Origin: Actinomycetota bacterium
Lineage (GTDB): Bacteria; Actinomycetota; CADDZG01; JAHWKV01; JAOPZY01
Direction of reading: 5' to 3'
Length of the DNA stretch: 38,512 nt
Assembly (NCBI GenBank): GCA_025963875.1
Contig: JAOPZY010000051.1
Span: forward strand, 1-38,512
Notes under the pieces: model-generated
The model's database searches: none
The model's input: only the letters and a program-made list of their open reading frames with translations
Told to the model about the DNA's origin: nothing
Made by a program: the position numbers and the translations under genes
Shown: positions 26,736 through 34,535 of the stretch, one piece after another
Numbering within the stretch: position 1 is the first letter of the stretch
Layout of the letters: every line of letters starts with the position of its first letter

Positions 26736-28299
26736 CGTCGACGTGGTCATCGTCGGCGGCGGTCCGACGGGGCTGATGCTGGCCGCCGAGCTTCGCCTCG
26801 GCGGCGTCGATCCGGTGGTGCTGGAGGAGTTGCCCGAGGTCAGCGAGATCCCCAAGGGCAACGGGCTGGTGGGCCAGATCGTTCCGATGCTGGACTACCG
26901 GGGACTCCGAGAGCCCCTCGCTGCCGCCAGCACCTGGGCCGGTCCCATCCCGCGGTTCTCGTTCGGCCCGCTGGAACTCGACCTGTCGAGGGTCGGGGTC
27001 AGCCCGTTGCACATCATGGCGATCCCGCAACGGCGGCTGGAGCGGTTGCTGGATGAGCACCTGCGGAGTCTCGGCGGGACGGTTCGGCGTGGGCACGAGG
27101 TGACAGCCCTCTCCCAGGACGGCGACGCCGTCACGGTCGCCGTTGACGGCCCCAAGGGCTCGTACCGGTTGCGCGCCCGGTACGTGGTCGGTTGCGACGG
27201 TGCCCACAGCCTTGTCCGGAAGCTTGCCGGTATCGCCTTCCCCGGTGTCACCTCGTCGGAGCTCTCACGGATCGGTCGGGTCCTCCTGCCGTCGGCGACG
27301 ATCGTGGCCGGCACCGGAGAAGTGGAGCTGCCGGGGGTCGGCCGCCTCCCGGCGGCACGGATGATGCGCACGCCGCGCGGCGCCTACTCGCTCGCCCCCC
27401 TGACCACCCTCGACAAGGATGCCCGGCCCGGCACCTACATCATCTTCACCAGCGAGGACTCGTCGGTCGATGCCGACGGACCCATGACGCTGGAGGAACT
27501 GCGTGCCAGCGTCGCCCGGGTGCTCGGCGCCGACGTGGCGATGAGCGAGCCGCAGTGGCTGACCCGCACCGTCGGCAACAGCCGGCAGGCGGAGCAGTAC
27601 CGGGCCGGCCGGATGCTGCTGGCCGGGGACGCCGCTCATGTCTTCGGTCTGGGTGGGTCCCTCAACGTGGGGTTGCTGGACGCGGTCAACCTCGGCTGGA
27701 AGCTGGCCGCCGAGGTGGCGGGTTGAGCACCCGCCGGTCTCCTGGACTCGTACCACGCCGAGCGGCACCCGGTCGGCGAACGGGCCATCCTCGCCGCCCG
27801 TGCGCAGCGGGCGCTGTCGGCCCGGAACGAGGGGGCCGAGGCGCTCCGGGCCGTGTTCGGCGAGCTCCTCGAGTACGACGAGCCGCTGCGTCACATCGGC
27901 GAGATGCTGCAGGGCTCCGATATCCGTTACGCCATGGGAACCGGTGGCCCCCGCCCGCACCCGCTCCTTGGGCGGTTCGCTCCCGACCTTCGGTTGGAGA
28001 CAGACGATGGACGCACCCGCGTCGCCGAGCTCATGCGACCCGCCCGGCCGGTCCTCGTGGACCTCACGCCCGACGCCGCGCTGGCCGGCGTGGCCGCGGA
28101 CTGGCGCAACCGGGTCACCGTCGTCACCGGGCGGTGCCGGGGGCCCACTCCCCCGGCCGGCCTGTTGATCCGGCCGGACGCCTACGTGGCCTGGGTTACC
28201 GAGTCCAGCGACCCCGACCCGGCCGCCGGACTCCACGACGCCCTCTGCGCCTGGTTCGGCCCGCCGTCCTGGCGGGGGCCTGACGGGCGGCGGCGGTAG
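26725..28299 (+). pseudogene. FAD-dependent aromatic monooxygenase (PgaE/Rox-like) interrupted by in-frame TGA at 27724-27726
   Basis: VGGGPTG, VGCDGAHS, LAGDAAH, NLGWKLA; the same frame continues after TGA as APAGLLDSYHAERHPVG...LIRPDAYVAW to TAG 28299. Confidence 0.85.
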
Positions 28300-28343
28300 A
28301 TTCCGTCAAAAAGCGTGCGGGGGGCCCTTTTTGACGGAATCTG
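28290..28343 (+). repeat. REP-like palindrome, copy 2 (16-bp perfect stem 28298-28313/28327-28342, 13-nt loop, GTAG foot)
   Basis: GCGGCGGTAGATTCCGTCAAAAAG...CTTTTTGACGGAATCTG; inverted homolog of 2621-2674. Confidence 0.85.
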
Positions 28344-29058
28344 CAATCTCCTGCGAAGCCGGGCCCAAGGCAGCCTTCATCTCCGCCAGACGGGCCTGCA
28401 CGCGTTCCGGATCGCCCGCCGCTTCCAGGCGCCTGGCCACGCCGCCGGACTCGCCGATGCCGCTCAGCGTGCCCCGCTCGAGAAGCTCGCCGACCGCCTC
28501 GACCCGGGCCTGGTTCCAGAGGATCTTGTCCCGGGCCTGCTGGACCAGCAGCTCCAGCTCCCCGTCCTCCGGCGCAAGTCCGGCGACCGCCTCCCCTGCG
28601 GCCGCCGCAGCCCTGGCGGCGCCGTACTCGGCCCGAGCCGTCTCGGCCTGGGCTCGCATCGACAGGACCCGGCTCTCCATGCGGCGGGCGGTCGCCTCGA
28701 GCTGGCCCCGAAGCTCGCCGAGCTGGTGGACCCTGCCGTGCATCTCCTCGATCTGGCGGTCCATCGCCTGCGCGTCGGTCAGCGCCTCGACTGCCTGGTC
28801 CTCCCGTCCCTCGCCGATCGAGCGCCGTGCCTGATCCTCCAGGCGGGTGCGCCGCAGCCGCAGTTGCTGGAGCTGGCCCTCCAGGCGCTTGCCGGCGGCG
28901 ACGAGCTGCGCGGCGCTTGCCCGGACCTGCTGCAGGGCACGGAGCTGGCGCTCGTGGGCGAGATCGAACGCAGCGGCCGGGTCGTCCAGCCTCCCGGCGG
29001 TCCGGGCCGCCTGCGCCCGTGCTTTGCGGAGATCCGAAAATCGCCGGATCAGCCCCAT
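28306..29058 (-). CDS. pspA: PspA/IM30 family protein
   Basis: LDDP...QLRALQQVR..A.LVA..KRLE, GREDQA.EAL, A.DK....QAR..AV.EL...G.L coiled-coil pattern; TGATG coupling to the flotillin gene. Confidence 0.75.
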   Translation of the reverse strand: MGLIRRFSDLRKARAQAARTAGRLDDPAAAFDLAHERQLRALQQVRASAAQLVAAGKRLEGQLQQLRLRRTRLEDQARRSIGEGREDQAVEALTDAQAMDRQIEEMHGRVHQLGELRGQLEATARRMESRVLSMRAQAETARAEYGAARAAAAAGEAVAGLAPEDGELELLVQQARDKILWNQARVEAVGELLERGTLSGIGESGGVARRLEAAGDPERVQARLAEMKAALGPASQEIADSVKKGPPHAF

Positions 29059-30542
29059 CAGCCCTCCCGGCCGGAGGCGACACCCAAACCGTCGGGCACC
29101 GGCTCCTGTCCGTTGGAGAAGGATGCCGGGGTGCCGTTGCCGGTGACCGGGACGTTGAGGGTCGCCCGCAGCGCCTGCAGGGCGGCGAAGCCCTTGCTCA
29201 GCGTCTGCATCACGGCGTCCTGCACCCCTTCGGTCCCGTTGAAGACCACGAGGTTGTCGATCTCGCCGATCGGATAGGCGGCCGCGCCGACGATCTCCAC
29301 CGCCTTCTCCGCGAGCTGCTGGGCGATCACGGCGTCCTGGTTGACGGCGAGGGCCTCCGCCCGGGCCTTGACTGCATCCGCATTGGCGAGGCCCTGCGCC
29401 CGGAGGGAATCCGCCTCGGCGAGACCCCTCGCGCGCCGCGCCTCACCCTCGGCCCGCCCGACCGCCTCGACGGAGCCAGCCTGCGCCTCCGCCTCGACCC
29501 GCACCTTCTCGGCGTTGGCTGCCGCCTCGATCTTCGTGCGCTGGGCGGCGGCGACGGCGGCGAGTTCGGTCTCCTTCGCACCCGCCTCGGCCCGGGAGAT
29601 GCGGGAGTCGCGGTCGGCCTGGGCGAGCGTGCGCTGGCGGTACGCCTCGGCGTCGGCCGGCTTTCGGACCTCCGCCTGGAGCTGCTGCTCGGTCCGGTCG
29701 GCCTCCAGCTGGGCGACCTTGGTCCTCTCGACAACGACCCGCTGGGTTGCGATCTGCTCGGCGAGGGGTCCCGCCTGGGCCGCCTCCCGCTGGGCCCGGT
29801 CCATCTCCGCCTGGAACCCCGCCTTCTTGATCTCCGTCTCGCGCCGGGCGGCTGCCTTCAGGGCCTCGGCCTGCTGCTCCTGCTCGGTCGCCTCCCGGTC
29901 GGCCTGGGCCTGGGCGATGCGAGCCTGCTTCTGCACCTCGGCGGCGTGCGGCGCTGCCAGGTTCTTGATGTAGCCGGTCGTGTCGTCGATCTCCTTGATC
30001 TGCAGCGAGTCGATGACGAGGCCCAGCTTCTGCATCTCCTCGCCGGAGTGGCGCCGGGTGGCCTCGGTGAGGGCCTCCCGCTCCCGGATCATCTGCTCCA
30101 CGGTGAGGCCGCCGACGATGGAGCGTAGGTGACCCTCGAAGACGTTCTTGATCTTGCCCTCGAGCTCCTCCTGGGACTTGTCGAGGAAACGGCGGGCGGC
30201 GTTGGAGATCGAGGCGAAGTCGTCGCCGACTTTGTAGATGACGACCGCCTTGACGCTGACCGGGATGCCCTGCGTGGTCACGCAGGTGATGTCCAGCTCG
30301 GTCTCGTTGGCGTCGAGGGAGAGGTAGCGCACCCGCTGGAAGCCGGGCATGACGAGGGAACCCTTGCCGGTGACGATCTTGAAGCCCAGGCTCTCCGCGA
30401 CGCCCTCGACGGCGTCCTGGTGGAAGCCCGAGATGATGAGCGCCTCGTTCGGCTCGGCGACCCGCCACATCGCACGGAACAGCACGACGATCAGCACCAG
30501 CACCACGACCACAGCGCCACCGATGACGGCCAGTGGATTCAC
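29058..30542 (-). CDS. Flotillin / SPFH domain protein
   Basis: N-terminal TM, AEPNEALIISG, FEGHLRSIVG.LTVE, LQIKEIDD, AEA/EA-rich coiled coil with KPADAE. Confidence 0.92.
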   Translation of the reverse strand: MNPLAVIGGAVVVVLVLIVVLFRAMWRVAEPNEALIISGFHQDAVEGVAESLGFKIVTGKGSLVMPGFQRVRYLSLDANETELDITCVTTQGIPVSVKAVVIYKVGDDFASISNAARRFLDKSQEELEGKIKNVFEGHLRSIVGGLTVEQMIREREALTEATRRHSGEEMQKLGLVIDSLQIKEIDDTTGYIKNLAAPHAAEVQKQARIAQAQADREATEQEQQAEALKAAARRETEIKKAGFQAEMDRAQREAAQAGPLAEQIATQRVVVERTKVAQLEADRTEQQLQAEVRKPADAEAYRQRTLAQADRDSRISRAEAGAKETELAAVAAAQRTKIEAAANAEKVRVEAEAQAGSVEAVGRAEGEARRARGLAEADSLRAQGLANADAVKARAEALAVNQDAVIAQQLAEKAVEIVGAAAYPIGEIDNLVVFNGTEGVQDAVMQTLSKGFAALQALRATLNVPVTGNGTPASFSNGQEPVPDGLGVASGREG

Positions 30543-30574
30543 AGCAGTACCTCCTTCTCGCGACTCGCGGCGGC

Positions 30575-30781
30575 TCAGGCCGGAGCGACGTAGACGGTGC
30601 GGGGCGGGTAGTACTCGACGACTACCACGCGAGCGTTTTGCGGAATCGTCTGGTCGCTCTCGACGGCATGGGCAAGGAACGCCTCCGTGCCGCCGCGGAT
30701 GGAGATGACAACCTCGCCGGTCCTGCCGGGCCCAATGGTCCCGGTGACACGGCCTACCTTACCGACCATGTCCCGAACCAC
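30575..30781 (-). CDS. NfeD-like small OB-fold protein
   Basis: G..GRVTG.I.PG..GEV...IRGG.E.F.A....VVVVE...RTVYV; directly upstream of the flotillin gene; start may be ATG 30769. Confidence 0.8.
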   Translation of the reverse strand: MVRDMVGKVGRVTGTIGPGRTGEVVISIRGGTEAFLAHAVESDQTIPQNARVVVVEYYPPRTVYVAPA

Positions 30782-30814
30782 TCCTCTTGGTCATCTCCGA
30801 CTGCCCTCAATACG

Positions 30815-30843
30815 AGAATGCACCGTTTTGATTTCCTTGTAAA
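30815..30843 (-). promoter_or_regulatory. Putative sigma70-type promoter of the nfeD-flotillin-pspA operon
   Basis: TTTACA-N17-CATTCT on the minus strand in an AT-rich patch. Confidence 0.45.
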
Positions 30844-30896
30844 GCAGACCTGGGGAAAGCCGGGCTCCCCGCGCGGACCGGCTGTAGCGTGCGTCC

Positions 30897-31757
30897 ATGA
30901 CTGAGCTGCCGTGGGACGACCTGAGGGCGAGGGCCGCCCACCGGACGGAGCTGGGGGCGCTGCTCGTGGCCGACGCGCTCGACGTCGTCAGTGGGCTTCC
31001 GTCTGCGAGCGTCGATCTCGTCGTCACTTCTCCACCATACGACCGGCAGGGCAAGTACCGGGATGGCCGGGCCTATGGCCGGGACTGGTACGAGGGCTTT
31101 TTCCTGAAACTGACCGCCGAGGTGCACCGGGTGCTGGCCCCGCACGGCAGCTTCGTGCTCAACTACCGCTCCAAACGCCAAGGCTCTGAGCGTGGCGTCC
31201 TCCAGTACGAGCTGGTCTTCTGGCTGCGTGAGCAGGGGTTTCTCTTCGCCGAGGACTTCGTCTGGGGCAAGCCCTCCCCCCCACCCGGGCGGTTCAACCG
31301 CTACCTCAAGGACGCCGTCGAGTACTGCTTCCAGTTCGCCAAGTCGCAGCGGTGGCAGTTCTTCCCGGAGCAGTGCCTGGCGCCTGCCCGGTGGGACGCC
31401 GCCGACCGGGAGCGGCGGCGAAGGCTGCCCCACAACTACGAGCGGGTGTCCGAGCCATCGGGGCACGGGCGGCGCCGGGTGCAGGCCGGCCCCGACCTGG
31501 TCCGGCCCTCGACCCTGCTGCTCCACGAGCCCGAGTTCGCCCCCAACCCGACGGGGCATCCCTGCCGCTTCCCGGTCGACCTGCCGGCATTCTTCATCAA
31601 GCTGCTCACCACGCCGGGCCAGGTCGTCCTCGACCCCTTCGGTGGCACCGGGACGACCGCAGTGGCCGCCGAGGCGCTGGGGCGGCGCTGGCTCCTGACG
31701 GAGGCGGACGCCGGCTACGCCGCGGTGCTTCCCGGACGCCTCGAAACGGGTAGGTAA
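30897..31757 (+). CDS. Site-specific DNA methyltransferase, beta class (N4-C/N6-A), orphan
   Basis: Catalytic TSPPY near the N-terminus, HPCRFP and VLDPFGGTGTT SAM motif near the C-terminus; TAGCGT 6 nt before ATG (leaderless). Confidence 0.9.
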   Translation: MTELPWDDLRARAAHRTELGALLVADALDVVSGLPSASVDLVVTSPPYDRQGKYRDGRAYGRDWYEGFFLKLTAEVHRVLAPHGSFVLNYRSKRQGSERGVLQYELVFWLREQGFLFAEDFVWGKPSPPPGRFNRYLKDAVEYCFQFAKSQRWQFFPEQCLAPARWDAADRERRRRLPHNYERVSEPSGHGRRRVQAGPDLVRPSTLLLHEPEFAPNPTGHPCRFPVDLPAFFIKLLTTPGQVVLDPFGGTGTTAVAAEALGRRWLLTEADAGYAAVLPGRLETGR

Positions 31758-31784
31758 CCGGAAAAACAGACAGGAGACGAACGA

Positions 31785-32300
31785 ATGGAAACCTGGGACG
31801 CAATCCGGGCCCGCCGTAACGTTCGGGTCTACACCGGACAGCCGATCGAGGGCCCCGCTCTCGATCGCATTCTCGAGGCAGGCCGACGATCCCCCTCTTC
31901 GCAGAACACCCAGCCCTGGGACTTCGTCGTCGTCACCGACCGGGCGCAACTCCAGGACCTCTCGAAGGTGTGGCAGGGCGCCAGGCACGTGGCGAACTCG
32001 GCCGCCACGGTCGCCCTGGTGGCGCCGATGCGCTCCGAGGAGTCGCAGCGGGGGTGGGTGCGGTACGACCTTGGCCAGGCCACGATGTCGATGATGCTGG
32101 CGGCGGTCGACCAGGGCATCGGCAGCGCGCACGCGGCCGTGGGCGACCAGGACCGGGTACGCCAACTCCTCGGCTTCCCCGAGGGCCGCTTCTGCGCCTC
32201 CCTCATCGCCTTCGGCTATCCCGCGGACCGGCCGCTGCGCCCCATCCGCAACCCCAACCGCCGGCCGTTCGACGAGGTGGTGCACCGGGGCCGGTGGTGA
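31785..32300 (+). CDS. Nitroreductase family protein
   Basis: AIRARRNVR.Y, SPSSQNTQPW.FVVV, DLG.A...M.LAA...GIGS, FGYP; AGGAG RBS. Confidence 0.92.
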   Translation: METWDAIRARRNVRVYTGQPIEGPALDRILEAGRRSPSSQNTQPWDFVVVTDRAQLQDLSKVWQGARHVANSAATVALVAPMRSEESQRGWVRYDLGQATMSMMLAAVDQGIGSAHAAVGDQDRVRQLLGFPEGRFCASLIAFGYPADRPLRPIRNPNRRPFDEVVHRGRW

Positions 32301-32303
32301 CGG

Positions 32304-32552
32304 TCAGGGCGAGAGCCCGTACTTCCTTGCGATGTCGAGAAAGTTCAGGATCTCATCCGGCTTGGTGTCCTGATTCCTGAGCGGCTGCAGGACCAGCGGG
32401 TCGGACACCGACCGGTGCGTGAACACCAGGCGGATGCCCCGAGGGCCCTGAAACGTGAAGCCGCACGCCTCGAGGAGCCGCCGGAAATCGTTGAACGAGA
32501 CGTTGAGGATCTCCCCCTCGTTGATGCTGTCCCACAGCGGTACGGGTTCCAT
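32304..32552 (-). CDS. HicA-like protein lacking the catalytic His
   Basis: NVSFNDFRRLLEACGF....RG.RLVFTH......LQP.....KP..I..FL.....YGL; TAGGAT 7 nt before ATG 32552. Confidence 0.65.
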   Translation of the reverse strand: MEPVPLWDSINEGEILNVSFNDFRRLLEACGFTFQGPRGIRLVFTHRSVSDPLVLQPLRNQDTKPDEILNFLDIARKYGLSP

Positions 32553-32609
32553 GGTGGGGATCCTAAGCCTCGCCACGATGAATCGGGCGCATCTGGTTGC
32601 CGGCTGGGG

Positions 32610-33449
32610 TCAGGTCACGACCGCCCGCCACGCCGCCTCCCACGTGCTGGGACCGACGATCCCGTCGTTGTCGAGGTGCTTCTGGTGCTGGAACGCGTCC
32701 ACGACCCGCTGGGTCTGGGGCCCGTAGACGCCGTCGACTGGTATGCGCCATCCCCGCTCCGCCATGCGCGACTGGAAGACGCGGACGTCGTCACCCTGGC
32801 TCCCTAGTTCGAGGTAGCGGCCGGGCCACCGGGGGACGCCCCATACCGGCGGGTGGCAGAAGCCGTCGATGCTCGCCATCGTCCGGGCGTTGCGGACGCA
32901 GTCGTCGTGGTAGTCGCCTTCGATGGTCCGGACGATGCCGTTGAGGTGCACGGATTCCACCAGGCAGGCATGGCGGTCGCCGCCGACGATGGCGATGTCG
33001 CCCCGGCGGGGCGATGCGTCGTAGCGGCCGGCGGCCTTGAACGCCCGGCGAAGGTCGGCGACCCACGCGAAGCCATGCTCGGTCCGGGCCGCGATGCCGG
33101 GCATCGCCCAGTGGCCTGCGCCGTCGTTGAACCCGGCGTCGAAGCAGGCCTTGCTGACGGCGACGGCAGCCCAGGGAATGCAGCCCTGGCCGTACCACCG
33201 CGTGATGGCGTTGCAGTTGCTGCCGGGCGGATCCTCCCCGATGCCGAGGAAGGTGACCATGGCACCGACGAGCGCATCGGGGCTCGGCCAGGACCGTGCA
33301 GACTCCACCACCGGACGGTTCGGGGGGATGGCAATGGTGTCGTCGAACCCCCCGGCGGCGGCCGGAACGGTGTCGTCAACCTCCGGCGGAGGCTCCCCGT
33401 ACCCGCTGATGAGCAGCCGCTGGATGTCGTCCCGGAGGCGAGCCTTCAC
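32610..33449 (-). CDS. CHAP-like domain plus C-terminal PG_binding_1 peptidoglycan-binding domain protein
   Basis: GEDPPGSN, P.RGDIA...H..LVE...V.TIEG, then L..GS.GDDV...Q.....VDGVYGP.T...V..FQ....L..DGIVGP.TW. Confidence 0.8.
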   Translation of the reverse strand: MKARLRDDIQRLLISGYGEPPPEVDDTVPAAAGGFDDTIAIPPNRPVVESARSWPSPDALVGAMVTFLGIGEDPPGSNCNAITRWYGQGCIPWAAVAVSKACFDAGFNDGAGHWAMPGIAARTEHGFAWVADLRRAFKAAGRYDASPRRGDIAIVGGDRHACLVESVHLNGIVRTIEGDYHDDCVRNARTMASIDGFCHPPVWGVPRWPGRYLELGSQGDDVRVFQSRMAERGWRIPVDGVYGPQTQRVVDAFQHQKHLDNDGIVGPSTWEAAWRAVVT

Positions 33450-33470
33450 GTGCGCCGTCGTTCCCGGCGA

Positions 33471-33497
33471 GGAGGGGGCCGAAACCCGGCCCCCTCC
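33471..33497. repeat. Perfect 11-bp GC hairpin upstream of the CHAP-like gene
   Basis: GGAGGGGGCCG-AAACC-CGGCCCCCTCC. Confidence 0.7.
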
Positions 33498-33519
33498 GTT
33501 GTTCGGCCTGGCTTATGGA

Positions 33520-33567
33520 TTCTGTGAGCACCAGACGACGTATGAGCACCACTTTGTGCTCACAGAA
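33520..33567. repeat. Perfect 12-bp inverted repeat with 24-nt spacer
   Basis: TTCTGTGAGCAC(33520-33531)...GTGCTCACAGAA(33556-33567). Confidence 0.75.
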
Positions 33568-33657
33568 CTCTCGCCGCAACGGTGGGCGATCCCTGACGCC
33601 GGGCGGGTGGTGGAGGCCCGGCTCGCGCAGGACCTCCACCGCCCACCTGCTCCAGCG

Positions 33658-34176
33658 TCAGATGTGGTGGCTCCCAGCCAACGGCTCGCCCGTCTCGAGC
33701 AGCGACTTCAGGTCGCTGAGGATCCAGCTCCAGCCACCGCCGGCTCCCACGTCCTCCATTCCGCCGGAGAGCAGCAGTGACAGCTTCGGCGCACCCTCGA
33801 GGTCGTGGATCACGGTCAGGCGGGTCACGCCGCCCTCGCGTGGCTCGATCTCGTAGGTGAGGCGGGTGACCCCCTCGGCGGCCAGCTCCGGGTCCATCAG
33901 GAAATGCCAGCTCAGGACGAGGCGCCGCGGCGGGTCCGTCTCGATCACCTCACCCTCGACTGCCACGTCGGGGGCGCCCACCGAGCGCATAGCGTCGGTC
34001 GTGAATCCCCGGTAGGTGCCGCCTGGGCGCAGGTCGTACTCACTCCGGCCGCCGTAGCCGTAGCGCTCGGTCCATTCGGACTTGGTGATAGCGTCCCAGA
34101 TCGCCTCCGGGGTCGCCTTGATGTACACGCGGTGCACCTGCGTGGTCACACTCGTCGGTGCTGTGGTCGTCGTCAT
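33658..34176 (-). CDS. SRPBCC / AHSA1-like ligand-binding domain protein
   Basis: VYIKATPEAIWDAIT, DLRPGG, GEVIE.DPPRRL..SW, GW.WILS.LKSLLETG; ATGA overlap with the ArsR gene. Confidence 0.92.
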   Translation of the reverse strand: MTTTTAPTSVTTQVHRVYIKATPEAIWDAITKSEWTERYGYGGRSEYDLRPGGTYRGFTTDAMRSVGAPDVAVEGEVIETDPPRRLVLSWHFLMDPELAAEGVTRLTYEIEPREGGVTRLTVIHDLEGAPKLSLLLSGGMEDVGAGGGWSWILSDLKSLLETGEPLAGSHHI

Positions 34177-34499
34177 GCCTCCTCCTCCTCCAGCTTGGCC
34201 TTGAGCTCCGCAAGCGCGGAGACCTGGCGTTCCGTGTACTTGTCGATCCACCGGTCGTGGATCAACCGGATCGGGACCGGGTTCAGGAAGTGGAGCTTCT
34301 CCCGGCCCGACTTCCGTGTGATGACGAGGCCCGCATCTTCGAGGAGGCGCAGATGCTTCATGACACCGAAGCGGGTCATCTCCAGCTCCGACTCCAACTC
34401 GGTGAGCGTACGGCCGTCACGCTCGAAGAGCCGGTCGAGGAGGAAGCGACGCGTCGGGTCGGCAAGCGCCTTGAACACCCGGTCCTCGTCGTGGTTCAC
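34173..34499 (-). CDS. ArsR/SmtB family transcriptional regulator
   Basis: VFKALADPTRR.LLD.L, MTRFGVMKHL.LLE.AGLV, GREKLHFLNPVPI. Confidence 0.93.
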   Translation of the reverse strand: MNHDEDRVFKALADPTRRFLLDRLFERDGRTLTELESELEMTRFGVMKHLRLLEDAGLVITRKSGREKLHFLNPVPIRLIHDRWIDKYTERQVSALAELKAKLEEEEA

Positions 34500-34505
34500 G
34501 GCGCC

Positions 34506-34535
34506 ATAATACGTGACTGTTTAGTCACATGTCAA
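34506..34535 (-). promoter_or_regulatory. Sigma70 promoter with palindromic operator for the ArsR-SRPBCC operon (leaderless)
   Basis: TTGACA-N18-TATTAT-6 nt-GTG; GTGACT-N4-AGTCAC palindrome (34513-34528) inside the spacer. Confidence 0.85.

Noticed and set aside
27724..27726. Selenocysteine or alternative genetic code for the in-frame TGA
   Set aside because: The position corresponds to Trp, not Cys; TGA is a genuine stop in coupled genes here (treY/treZ, flotillin/pspA) and Trp is encoded by TGG elsewhere
30897..33449. Prophage or restriction-modification island (MTase, HicA-like, CHAP-like)
   Set aside because: No integrase, structural, holin or nuclease genes, no att-like repeats, and mixed orientation with housekeeping genes
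33450..33660. c-di-AMP (ydaO) riboswitch upstream of the cell-wall protein
   Set aside because: The conserved GAATC, GGAACC and GCTAAC-type elements are not found in the required order on the minus strand
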